From assembly GCF_001194135.2 (NCBI RefSeq), contig NC_068989.1:71605507-71669506 (forward strand): a stretch of 64,000 bases of DNA. The letters run 5' to 3'. Position 1 is the stretch's first letter, and each line of letters begins with the position of its first letter. Shown here in pieces: positions 26,526 to 37,407 of this stretch. The notes under the pieces were generated by a model. The model saw only the letters and a list, made by a program, of their open reading frames with translations, was not told the DNA's origin and ran no database searches. This DNA is from Octopus bimaculoides (lineage: Eukaryota). The translations under genes were made by a program, and so were the position numbers.

Positions 26526-26748
26526 GTGTGTGGGTCTTTGTGTCTGTGTTTGTTCCTCCACCATCGCTTGACAACCGATGTTGGTGTGCTTATGGTCCCA
26601 TAACTTAGCAGTTTGGCAAAAGAGATAGATAAAATAAGTACTAGGCTTACAAAGAATAAGCCCTGTGGTCAATTTCTGTGACTAAAAACCCTTTAAGACA
26701 GTGCTCCAGCATGGCCATAGTCAAATGACTGAAACAAGTAAAAGGGTA
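26333..26748 (+). mobile_element. SINE family A, full length
   Basis: Same consensus as 23770; an inverted 5'-half copy follows at 26811-26957. Confidence 0.85.
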
Positions 26749-27187
26749 ACAAGAAGACAGAAAATCACTCACTCACACACACATTCATTCACAAAAACAC
26801 ACAATGGGGTTCTTTTAGTTTCCATCAACCAAATCCACTCATGAAGCTTTGGTTGACCTGGGGCTGTGGTAGAAGATACTTGGCCTCCACAGTGAGACTG
26901 AACCTCGATTCAAGTGGTTTGGAAGCAAACATCTTAACCACACAGCCACACCTGCACTAATGTTGTATATATATTTATACACACACACACACGCATATAC
27001 ATATGCCTAATGCATAGTTGAATAATATTTGGCTAGAAACCTTGTAGTATGCAATACAAAGCTTGTCCATAGTTGTTGGCTGCCAAATGTCATCATACAG
27101 TGGGAATACTCCTGCCACTGGATATGCACCTTGAATTCCATAATATCCATTAAGTTTATACAAAGAGAAGAATATACTTAATACTTA

Positions 27188-27535
27188 TATCATCATCATC
27201 ATCGTTTAACGTCCGCTTTCCATGCTAGCATGGGTTGGACGATTTGACTGAGGATTGGCAAGCCAGAAGGCTGCACCAGGCTCCAATCTGATCTGGCAGA
27301 GTTTCTACAGCTGGATGCCCTTCCTAACGCCAACCACTCCGAGAGTGTAGTGGGTGCTTTTATGTGCCACCGGCACGAGGGCCAGTCACATGGTACTGGC
27401 AATGGCCACGCTCAAAAAGGTGTTTTTTACATGCCACCTGCACAGGAGCCAGTCCAGCGGCACTGGCAACAATCTCGCTCGAATGTCTTTACACGTGCCA
27501 GGAAGGTGACGCTGGGCACAGGTGCCATCACAATT
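27188..27535 (-). mobile_element. Retroposon family B with (GAT)n tail (RTE-associated SINE/LINE 3' end)
   Basis: catcatcatcgtttaacgtccgctttccatgctagcatggg... Near-identical copies at 3497-3650(-), 35228-35450(-) and 39240-39580(+); older ones at ~9340-9530 and 45445-45625. Confidence 0.8.
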
Positions 27536-27848
27536 TCGCTTTATATATGTAAGTTATAGATAATGGTCATTACATATTTTTCCTGTGTTAGAGTAAATTT
27601 GGCTTACAGCTGTTTCCAGTAGTCATTATAGGTACATTGCTGATAGGTTTACTCAATCGATCTAATGATCAGTGAGAAAAATTGAATGACCTAAAAAAAA
27701 TTAATGGCACTTTCATCAGAGCCATTTCTGATGTGTATACACACACACACACGCCTATATATATATATGCTTAATTTTCTGGTACACTTTGATTTGGCAA
27801 CAGAGCATAGTGTTTTCAAAACTAATAGATTATTGTAAAACTACTTAC

Positions 27849-28159
27849 TGCATATTTCTTCGAAAGGTCTCGCATAACCAGTTTAATTGCATTATGGGAT
27901 GATTTATTCATGGGTAAGTAAAACTGGGCTTTGCTGCGGAACAAATTGTAAACGGTGTTGAAACAATCCGAAGGTTCCATGTAATGAAGCAGGATACTGA
28001 CTAAACATTGGAGCACTGGACAGTAAGAAATATCAGGATTCGTATGGGAAATGATTGCCAAAATCTTTTCAACTTCTTCCATGCCTAAGTTGTTTAAGAA
28101 ATATGGTGTGGAAATTTTGTGGTCTCCTAAGACTGATACAGGAACGTGGTTTTTGGTCT
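27849..28159 (-). CDS. TBC1D24: TBC1D24 coding exon 2 (TBC domain core)
   Basis: ctctttccag| acceptor and GCA|GTAAGT donor; 311 nt, phase 1->0. PYFLNNLGMEEVEKILAIISHTNPDISYCPVLQCLVSILLHY...RDLSKKYA matches TBC1D24 [42 protein letters not shown]...GDLVNKYC. Confidence 0.95.
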
Positions 28160-28522
28160 CTGGAAAGAGAAAAAGATCTATGTTTGTATTCAATATTTTG
28201 TTTCTTTTACACACAATAACGTTTTGGTTTTCAGTCCATTTTTTTTATGCTGGCATGAGTTAGATGAAAAAGTATGCATGTGTGTATGTATACACACACA
28301 CACAAGCACATGGGTACAAAACGTTAAACAAAAAATGTTCTCAAATAGCAAAGGTTGAGTAAAATAGTATTTCACTAACTGTTAACCACAGTTTTATTTA
28401 AGCAACTGTAAGACAGTCGCAAGTATTTAGAATAATGCAATAGCTTATAAGTATTTATAAGTATTCATTATTACCAACTCATGATGATCAGTTTTGTGAA
28501 ATTCTTTTCACCTTTAATAAAA

Positions 28523-28566
<44 letters not shown>

Positions 28567-29312
28567 TTATTAATTTTTAGCAGGTCTGAGAGTTTCATGC
28601 GTTTGGTAAGTGCCAACACACGAAACTCCCAGACCTTCAGTCACTCTGTTACTTCTGCTGAATATTAATAAAAATATACATATACTCATATTTTGAGTTC
28701 CATTTTTCCTGTTTGCATCAACATATCTATCTATTTGGATGGGATGCCAGTCCATCGCAGCATTACTCAAGAAACAAGAAGAAAGAGTGAGAGAAAGTTG
28801 GGGCGAAAGAGTACAACAGGGGTTGCCATCAGCCCCTGCTGGAGCCTCATGGAGCTTTAGGTGTTTTCGCTTAATAAACAATGCCCAGTCTGGGAATCGA
28901 AACTGCGGCCCTCTGACCACTGGGCCATTGCGCCTCCACTACTTATATACAAGCATTCTGGTAAATTGAAATTTGTCATATGACACTCTGGGTCTCATCC
29001 ACTTATTTGTGTTTAAACATTTTGCGAAAATACAAATGTCTCACATAGATACAGGGCAATAAAGATTTAAGAAAGAAGGAGAGAGGAAGCATGTAGTGAA
29101 TCAACCCCAGTATTGGGTGGGTGTTTATTTTATTGATCTTAGTGTCGTGGTGGGGTGAAGTACTAAAAATGAACCCTTGCAGGATTTGAAGTGTAATGTG
29201 AAAGGAACTAAAGTAAATACTAGCAGACCTGTCAGCGGGATTTCTGCATTCTCTTTTTGACATTTCCATATAACATCTCAGACGTTGTCATTGGGAGTAA
29301 TATATCTTTTGG

Positions 29313-29640
29313 TTAAGAGAGAGGGCATAAGAGGTGAGAAAGAGAGATGCTTATGTAAAAGAGAGGTGTATGGATGGAAAAATGAAGTGATGAAGAGAGA
29401 GGAGAATAAATGAGGGAGAGAGAGGCATATGGATGGAAGAATGAGGTGAAAAAGTGAGAGGAGAGTAAATAAGGGAGAGAGAAAGGGTAAGAAGTGAGAG
29501 ACAAGTGTATATGAGAGAGAAATGGGAGAACATGAGAGAAAGAGAGATGTATGTGTGAGAGGAAGGGAGGTGAGAAAGAGGTGTGGGAGAGAGAGAGAGA
29601 AAGAAGAATTAGAGAGAAAGAGAAAGAAAGTGTTAACATA
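29313..29640. repeat. GA-rich low-complexity intronic tract (similar CT tract at 13331-13500)
   Basis: Purine-rich degenerate repeats that create spurious S/L/F/P-rich ORFs. Confidence 0.8.
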
Positions 29641-29678
29641 AAGTACCAACTGCAAAGAATTGTCTTTTTGGTACTTAC

Positions 29679-29988
29679 CGTTTCCAAACAACTGTTCTTT
29701 CATTTCCTCATAAATGCTGCTGTGCGTCTTGTGTAAGTTTGAGCAGAGAAGTGGCCAGAGGGTCTTTCGTAAAGGGTGGTCAACTGGCCAATGATTTGAC
29801 CTGAGAAATAATTTCAGAGGTTTTCTGTCCCGCAAGTTAAGCAACTGTCGCAGTTCCTCTTCAGAAGAACTTGGCGTTCGGATGGGCGACGAAGACTGGT
29901 TAGCTGTTAAGGAATTGACTTTGGTATTGAAATCGGTTATCTTTCCCACGTCGACGTATTGGGTGAATACTGGATTGGCTTCTTCCAT
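29679..29988 (-). CDS. TBC1D24: TBC1D24/skywalker orthologue, first coding exon (start of TBC domain)
   Basis: ATG at 29988 with an in-frame TAA 21 nt upstream. MEEANP...LKLFLRSNHWPVDHPLRKTLWPLLC resembles TBC1D24 [21 protein letters not shown]. Donor G|GTAAGT at 29679 (phase 1). Likely acceptor after a pyrimidine tract at 30135 or 30127, giving an ATG-free ~147 nt leader. Confidence 0.92.
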
Positions 29989-30617
29989 GATGAAGGTAAT
30001 AATAAATTAAAGGTTCTTCTCTCTATGATGATTATGGTAGTTCTGTGGGTTCTAATGGTGGGGAAACTATGACAGCTAGAATCTCAATTATTATTGCACA
30101 ATGACTATGTCTGTTGTCCAGTTAAATCTGCCAGTCTTAGAAGGGAAGAAGAAAATATTCACAATGGTTGTATGAATTATAATGAAGTGCTGTCTGTCAA
30201 ATAAACTGACAATGAGAAATTAATAAGCCTGCTTGTTAATTTGCAAAGAAAATTAAATTAACAAACTACCAGTATAAACTTGAAAATAAGCTTGAAAAAT
30301 AAACTGGGGAATTGATTATAAATAGTTGAAAATTTTAAATATTACAAAAGAAAACAAAACAAGATAATACTGTTCTTTAGATGTCCAAGGGAATTGATAA
30401 AACGCATGTATAAATAAATAGATTTAGTTTTGTTCTTTGTAATGATGTATCGACAGGGTTTTTAGGATATTGAATCAGTTGTTTGAAATAGCTTTGTGAG
30501 TTGGATCAATCATAAAATATCTCGTTAAGATCCTGGGGTAGTAACATAGATGTATTTAAGTAGGAGTCATGTTTTCAGATTTTATTGAGATCAATTTTGT
30601 TTATTGCACAGACAAGC

Positions 30618-30651
<34 letters not shown>

Positions 30652-32121
30652 TATTTGTTTTACTTTGTTTCTTTTGATTTGCAAGCTTACTTTCAAGTGC
30701 TTTATTTAACGAGCAGTTGAAGAATTTTTTTATTTATTTTTAATTCTAAATAGAATAAGTTATAAATAAAATACAGTATTTGCTAAACCTTTTGTAAATG
30801 AGGTTTTACTAAAAAAAAAAAACATTGAAGAAGGTAATAAATAATAAAAAAAGTAAAAAATGTCAGCTTGTTACTATAATTTACGATGACAGAAGGACAT
30901 AAATTAACTTAGACACAAAATATTCATGTATATATACAAATGATGAACTTTGAAGGAGTCCACACACAACTGTTGAAGTGAAATGGATTGCTAGCTTGAA
31001 TACTTGTAAACAACAGCACTAAATTATTTCACATGTAACATGATTAGAAGAGTTGGGTAGGATTGTGAGCTATTTGAAAACTCAACTGACATAGTTTATC
31101 CATTGTCTGCTATCCAAATGTGATGGTGCTGCATCATAGCAATTTTGTTTTCTGTACTCGAATGGCACACATTAACCAACAAGTAATTGCAGGAAGCAGG
31201 TTGTTATTTGATACAAGAATTCTGAAGAGAAATGGTCAAGAATTTTCTTTCTTCTTTTGTGCAAGTAAAATATCTGAAAGAGAAAAAAAAAGAAAAAGGA
31301 TTACTTCAACATTCATGAATGGAACAGAGATAATATTGGTTTCTTTGGACAAAGAACAAAGACAATTCTTATAGGAGAAATAGAAAAACTGACCCCAAAT
31401 GAGCCTTTGTATGGTCCCACTCAGAAGGCTATAGTAGAAGACAATTGCCCAAGGTACCACACAGTGGAACTGAACCCAGAACCAAGTGGTTAGGAAGCAA
31501 ACTTCTTACCACACAGCCACTAGAAAAAAAAATGTCTTATCATAGATTCTTGATCAGAACCTATTTGGAAACAAACAATAAGAACAGGTATTTATTTTAT
31601 TAGTTACAGATGGCTAAAAAGATAAACTTTAACTGCTATGGAATTTGAGCTAGCAATGTAAAGAAGGTCGATACAAATTACTGTAAAGCATTTAATTCCA
31701 TGCCCTCCTTATTTCTGTCAACTTGTCATCACGCCAGATAAATATTTGTGATAAGAAGGATTAACCCTTTAGCATTCAGATTGCTCTGTCAAAAGTTATG
31801 TTTATTTATTTACATTGTTTAGAGTTAATCAAACATTATCTTGTGGCTTTGAGATTTAGATTCTAGGATTGTATACTTTTTGTATGACATTGTAGGGTAA
31901 GTGTGAAAGGCTAAATCTGGCCAGTTTGAACATAACACAAATAGAATATTTTGGTCAGATATGGCTTAAGGGTTAAGCCTTTTGTTACTATATTTCTGTT
32001 GAAATACATCGTTTTTATTTCACTTAACATTGGTTTCAAATTTTGGCACAAGGCCAGCAATTTCGAGTTGGGGGTAAGTCAGTTACATTGACACGATTCT
32101 GCAGCTCACTGCAGAAGATGA

Positions 32122-32568
32122 TCAGGACATCTCTAATATGGTTTCATTCAATACATCATGAGATTTTGACATTTTCCTTTGTTTTGTTGCTTGAGAGAGA
32201 TTCAAAGGCATTAGATCTTCAGCCTCATCATCAAGTTGGAACATTTCCTCTTGGCATTCATCATAGACTGCAGCAAATTTTGGTACTGATAATTCGTTGG
32301 AGCTCTGTGACTTTGTTAGCTGTGGATTGCTTCCTTGTTGAACTAACGATGGTAATTTGGTGGGTTTCAGGTTAATTTCCATTGGTTTTAATGCTTCCTT
32401 ATCTACCCATGGTCCTTTCGCTTGTCTGTCTCGAAGATGTGAATGGATATAACTGTCACTATGTGGAGAATGGACCACTCCGAATTCATTTTCATTTCCT
32501 CCAATATCAAAGATTGGAATGTTAGGGGAATTTCCATAACTCAAAGACTTTGGTTGTCCACCACTCAT
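32122..32568 (-). CDS. Uncharacterised 148-aa ORF in an exon upstream of the TBC1D24 start
   Basis: Acceptor actttttacag| at 32600; ATG in ttcaaaATGA context; 149 open codons in non-repeat sequence with natural protein composition (MSGGQPKSLSYGNSP...EEMFQLDDEAEDL...NETILEMS*). Candidate donor GCA|GTGAGC at 32110. Confidence 0.7.
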   Translation of the reverse strand: MSGGQPKSLSYGNSPNIPIFDIGGNENEFGVVHSPHSDSYIHSHLRDRQAKGPWVDKEALKPMEINLKPTKLPSLVQQGSNPQLTKSQSSNELSVPKFAAVYDECQEEMFQLDDEAEDLMPLNLSQATKQRKMSKSHDVLNETILEMS

Positions 32569-33111
32569 TTTGAAATCAGGAAATAATGAGTAAAACAAAT
32601 CTGTAAAAAGTGATATTATGTCAAGTTAGGAGGAGGAAAATGATGACGAATATTGTATATCATTGCTTGTGTGTATTCAGTTGTTGAGACATGGTTTCTA
32701 TAACTGGATGCCCTTCCTAATGCCAACCACTTAACAGTGTGTGATGGGTGCTTTTTACGTGTCACCAGCACAGGTGCATTTGGCATGTAAAATGCACCCA
32801 GCACACATCTGTTTGTCCCCCCCCCCCACTGCTGTTTTATAACCAGTGTTGGTTTGTTTACATATCCGAAAACTCGCAGTTTGGTAAGAGAACCTAAACG
32901 AATAAGTACCGGGGTCAATTCATTCAACTAAAATCTGTTCAAGGCAGTATTCTAGCATGGCCACAGTTCAATGACTGAGACAACAGACAAAGATCAGTAC
33001 TTGTTGCTAATATAAAAATGGAAACTCAATAGATTGGTCCAGTTGTCTTGGAAAGTAAAATGAAACATAAACCTTCAGAAAAAGAAAATATTTTCTGAAG
33101 ATAATTGTTGT

Positions 33112-33483
33112 TGTTGGCATTCCGTCGCTTACGACGTCGAGGGTTCCAGTTGATCCGATCAACGGAACAGCCTGCTCGTGAAATTAACGTGCAAGTGGCT
33201 GAGCACTCCACAGACACGTGTACACTTAACGTAGTTCTCGTGGATATTCAGTGTGACAAGGCTGACCCTTTGAATTACAGGCACAACAGAAACAGGAAGT
33301 AAGAGTGAGAGAAAGTTGTGGTGAAAGAGTACAGCAGGGTTCGCCACCATCCCCTGCCGGAGCCTCGTGGAGCTTTAGGTGTTTTTGCTCAATAAACACT
33401 CACAGTGCCCGGTCTGGGAATTGAAACCGCGATCCTATGACCGCGAGTCCGCTGCCCTAACTACTGGGCCATTGCGCCTCCAC
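33112..33483 (-). mobile_element. tRNA-derived SINE family C
   Basis: Head GTGGAGGCGCAATGGCCCAGTAGTTAGGG...GGTTTCAATTCCC (A/B boxes). Partial copy at 28735-28938; related bodies at 44105-44330, 49025-49270(+), 54672-54978 and 56085-56335. Confidence 0.8.
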
Positions 33484-33973
33484 NNNNNNNNNNNNNNNNN
33501 NNNNNNNNNNNNNNNNNNNNNNNNNNNNNNNNNNNNNNNNNNNNNNNNNNNNNNNNNNNNNNNNNNNNNNNNNNNNNNNNNNNNNNNNNNNNNNNNNNNN
33601 NNNNNNNNNNNNNNNNNNNNNNNNNNNNNNNNNNNNNNNNNNNNNNNNNNNNNNNNNNNNNNNNNNNNNNNNNNNNNNNNNNNNNNNNNNNNNNNNNNNN
33701 NNNNNNNNNNNNNNNNNNNNNNNNNNNNNNNNNNNNNNNNNNNNNNNNNNNNNNNNNNNNNNNNNNNNNNNNNNNNNNNNNNNNNNNNNNNNNNNNNNNN
33801 NNNNNNNNNNNNNNNNNNNNNNNNNNNNNNNNNNNNNNNNNNNNNNNNNNNNNNNNNNNNNNNNNNNNNNNNNNNNNNNNNNNNNNNNNNNNNNNNNNNN
33901 NNNNNNNNNNNNNNNNNNNNNNNNNNNNNNNNNNNNNNNNNNNNNNNNNNNNNNNNNNNNNNNNNNNNNNNNN

Positions 33974-34292
33974 TGGCACCTTGGGCAAGTGTCTTCTACT
34001 ATAGCCTCTGGCCGACCAAAGCCTTGTGAGTGGATTTGGTAGACGGAAACTGAAAGAAGCCCGTCGTATATATGTATATATATATATGTATGTGTTTGTC
34101 CCCCCACAACATAGCTTGACAACCGATGCTGGTATGTTTACGTCCCCGTAACTTAGCGGTTCGGCAAAAGAGACCAATAGAATAAGTACTAGGCATCCAA
34201 AGAATAAGTCCTGGGGTCGATTTGCTCGACTAAAGGCGGTGCTCCAGCATGGCCACAGTCAAATGACTGAAACAAGTAAAAGAGAGTAAAGA
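33974..34292 (+). mobile_element. SINE family A, young copy (5' end in gap)
   Basis: CpG-intact copy of the same consensus. Confidence 0.85.
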
Positions 34293-36751
34293 GTACTAGT
34301 CAATTCGTTAACTAATTTACCAATTAGCTAATTGATTGCTTGACTAATTGCCATTCATGACCTCATCAATAACATAGCTACAATGCTCCAGGTCTGTTAC
34401 ACTCTATCCAAATTATAAGATTATTTCTAACTAGTAACACACATTTCATTTTATTTATCGATTTATTTGTTTTTGTAAACCACAAACATGGAGAACACAA
34501 ATTAAATCACCACCGTATAAAAACAAACAAATGAATTTCATTGCCAAAAACCAGATCAACAACACCTTCGTTTTTCTCTAATTTCTATTGAAAAACAAAA
34601 ACCTAACAAATTTTACAGTAATCATACTTATTGATATTCTATAAATTCTTTTTGGTTTAACAGTTGACCATTAACTCTTTCGAGACACATGTGTAGCCAT
34701 GTTTTTCCTGTTGAAATTGAAAATTCTGGGTGCATGTTGAAAACAAAGGACAAAGTGCCTAAAACTAATTTATTAATATGTAAAACTATACATATAGGCG
34801 CAGGAGTGGCTGTGTGGTAAGTAGCTTGCTTACCAACCACATGGTTTCGGGTTCATTCCCACTGCATGGCACCTTGGGCAAGTGCCTTCTACTATAGCCT
34901 CGGGCCGACCAAAGCCTTGTGAGTGGATTTGGTAGACAGAAACTGAAAGAAGCCCGTAGAAAACAAAGGACAAAGTGCCTAAAACCAATTTATTAATATG
35001 TAAAACTATATATATTATATAATTTTATATTATATCAACTGAAAGATGATCCCTGATTGGCTATTATACTTCAAAACGTTTGTTTCATTGGGCCAATGGA
35101 TCGGCCTCAAAGTCCTTTTGGTTTGTATCACTTGGGCCACTCAATCGGCCTGGGAGTCTCAAGACGGTTAACAACCTTACAAATTTCATTAGATTCTGGA
35201 CTTTGCTCTATTTAGATATGAAAATCATTATCATCATCATCATCATCATTTAACGTCCGCTTTCAATGCTAGCATGGGTTGGACGATTTGACTGAGAACT
35301 GGTGGATCAGGTGGCTACACCAGGCTCCAATCTGATTTGGCAGAGTTTCTACAGCTGGATGCCCTTCCTAACGCCAACCACTCCGAGATTGTAGTGGGTG
35401 CTTTTACGTGCCACTGGCACGAAGGCCAGTCAGGCGGTACTGGCAACGGCCCCCTTTAAATTTGCTTGGAAACTGATAAGGTGTAAAGAGTGATCCTAAC
35501 AAAAGCTAATCCAGGAATAATGAAAGACCAAAATTTAGACAGTGTGATGGTTTTCCCCTGCATAGCTATGGCATTTGGAGTCATTGAGTGTGAGGCAGCA
35601 CTCTGCTGCAGATGCAACTCATTTTCATGATGAACCAATGAAATAGCTTCTCTGTTAGGGTGTTGTACTCACAATTGCAAGATCATGGTTTCTCTGTGAT
35701 TGCTTAGTCTGCTAAAAACAGCAACCAAATCTACTCAAATCACAACCTGCTAGTACAAGAAAGGATACATTGGATTGTGTTGTGTGGTCCTAGACATATT
35801 ATGGCTGAAGGGGAAAAAATGGATGTGGTAGCTATGGTTGGAACACCTGATTGATCATGTTTGATCAATTGGGGGGTAACCAGGGGTTAAACAACAACAG
35901 TAATAGCTTTTTCTTGAAGAGACAGAGTTCCCACCAGAAAGGGAATTTCTATGAAGGCACTGCTTTTTCTTTTGTTTTTAAGACTTAATCAGAAGAAGTG
36001 GGGAAACATCTATGACCATTTTTTAAAGACCTCCAAGAATCATAGAAGAAAAGAGGAAGAGGTTGTCCTCTTACTGAAAGACCTGGTCTAAATGCTAGCT
36101 ACAAAAGTGCCAAAGGATCAGATGGTGATAGTGGTGGCAATGGCAGTGGTGACAGTGGAGGTGGTCATGGTAGTGGTGATTGTGTTAAACAGAATAATGG
36201 ATCAAGTCTATTGACCCTAGTAGATTTTGGAAAGATGTCACTTTTTCATTCTTTTTGTTAACAGTTTGTTTTGGCGAGAAGATCTGTATGGCCACAACTT
36301 TTACAGACCCTCTGAGAAAGTGGCATTTGACTTTCTTGACTACCTACAAATCACCAACCGCAAGAAAAATACAAGGGTAAGGTATAAATTACAGATGGCT
36401 GTAATTCTCCTTAGGAGAAATATTGGGCTTGGTGGCTAGTTCAGGTTGTGATAGTTGCCACAATAGTAAGAGGAGGACAGTGGTCACAATATTGATGATG
36501 GAGAGGAGGAGAGTTAAGAAAATTACTTGGATGGACCTGAGTAGAGGTAACATGAGACCAACCACCTCCAAGGGACAGAGGCCACTGGTAGTAGTGACAT
36601 AAAATGCATAATTGAAGAGGTTGAAGTGTGTTAGTAAGCAGCTCCATGCCCTGCCAACTAGTCAGGTAGTTTTTTGTGTGGTGGGGGATGTCTTATAAAA
36701 TGTACAGGTGATGGTTCTCCAAAAGGTGGACGTATAGAATATCTGGAAATA

Positions 36752-37085
36752 GGTGCAGGCATGGCTGTGTGGTAAGAAGTTTGCTTCCCAACAACATGGT
36801 TCTGGGTTCAGTCCCACTGTGTGAAACCTTAGGCAGACCAAAGCCTTGTGATAGGATTTTGAAGACTGAAACTGAAAGAAGCCCATTGTATACACTTGTG
36901 TGTATGTTGTTTGTCCCCCACCATTGCTTGACAACTGGTGTTGGTGTGTTTACATCCTCATAACTTAGTGGTTCAGCAAAAGAGACCAACAGAAAAAGTA
37001 CTGAAGTTGATTCATTTGACTAAAATTCTTCAAGGCAGTGCCCCAACATGACCACAGTCTAATGCCTGAAACAAGTAAAATAACA
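36752..37085 (+). mobile_element. SINE family A
   Basis: Same consensus. Other partial copies at ~2055-2348(+), 2660-2805(+), 5425-5520(-), 9126-9270(+), 19590-19880(+), 20690-20850(-), 31385-31520(-), 32810-33000(+), 34797-34957(+), 37841-37952(-), 40745-40890(+), 45655-45815(-) and 63455-63670(-). Confidence 0.85.
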
Positions 37086-37216
37086 AAGTAATAAAAGAAT
37101 AAAAATATAGACTTGTCAATTATACCCAGTCATTCACCTTGCTACACAAAGTGAAAATATGTGTAGCAGCAATACTGTCCAAATGTATGGGACAGTCCTT
37201 CACCGTGGGGTCTTAC

Positions 37217-37250
37217 TTGATCTTGATAGAGTGTTAGCAACTGTCGAGAG
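37217..37250 (-). other. Candidate 34-nt leader micro-exon
   Basis: aaatatttcag|CTCTCGACAGTTGCTAACACTCTATCAAGATCAA|gtaaga. Confidence 0.45.
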
Positions 37251-37376
37251 CTGAAATATTTATTTTCTGGCCCCTAGAAACACAGACTTGTCAAAAGAAC
37301 ATATCTAAATACACTAAGGTGTTTTAAAAACAGTTCATTCCATTTCTGACAATCTGTACCTCTAACTTAGGCTTAC

Positions 37377-37407
37377 GAATGACACACTTCATTTTGTCGG
37401 GAACCAA
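37377..37407 (-). other. Candidate 31-nt leader micro-exon containing an ATG
   Basis: gttgtctttcag|TTGGTTCCCGACAAAATGAAGTGTGTCATTC|gtaagc. Confidence 0.5.

Noticed and set aside
29278-29678. C-terminal 130 aa of the 236-aa track ORF
   Set aside because: Read-through of the GTAAGT donor into a CT-rich intron.
32110-32124. Stop read-through or A-to-I recoding of UGA fusing the 148-aa ORF to TBC1D24
   Set aside because: The 147-nt leader is in frame but contains stop codons, so no fusion is possible by that route.
33420-33483. tRNA-like sequence
   Set aside because: SINE head with no complete cloverleaf; not a tRNA gene.
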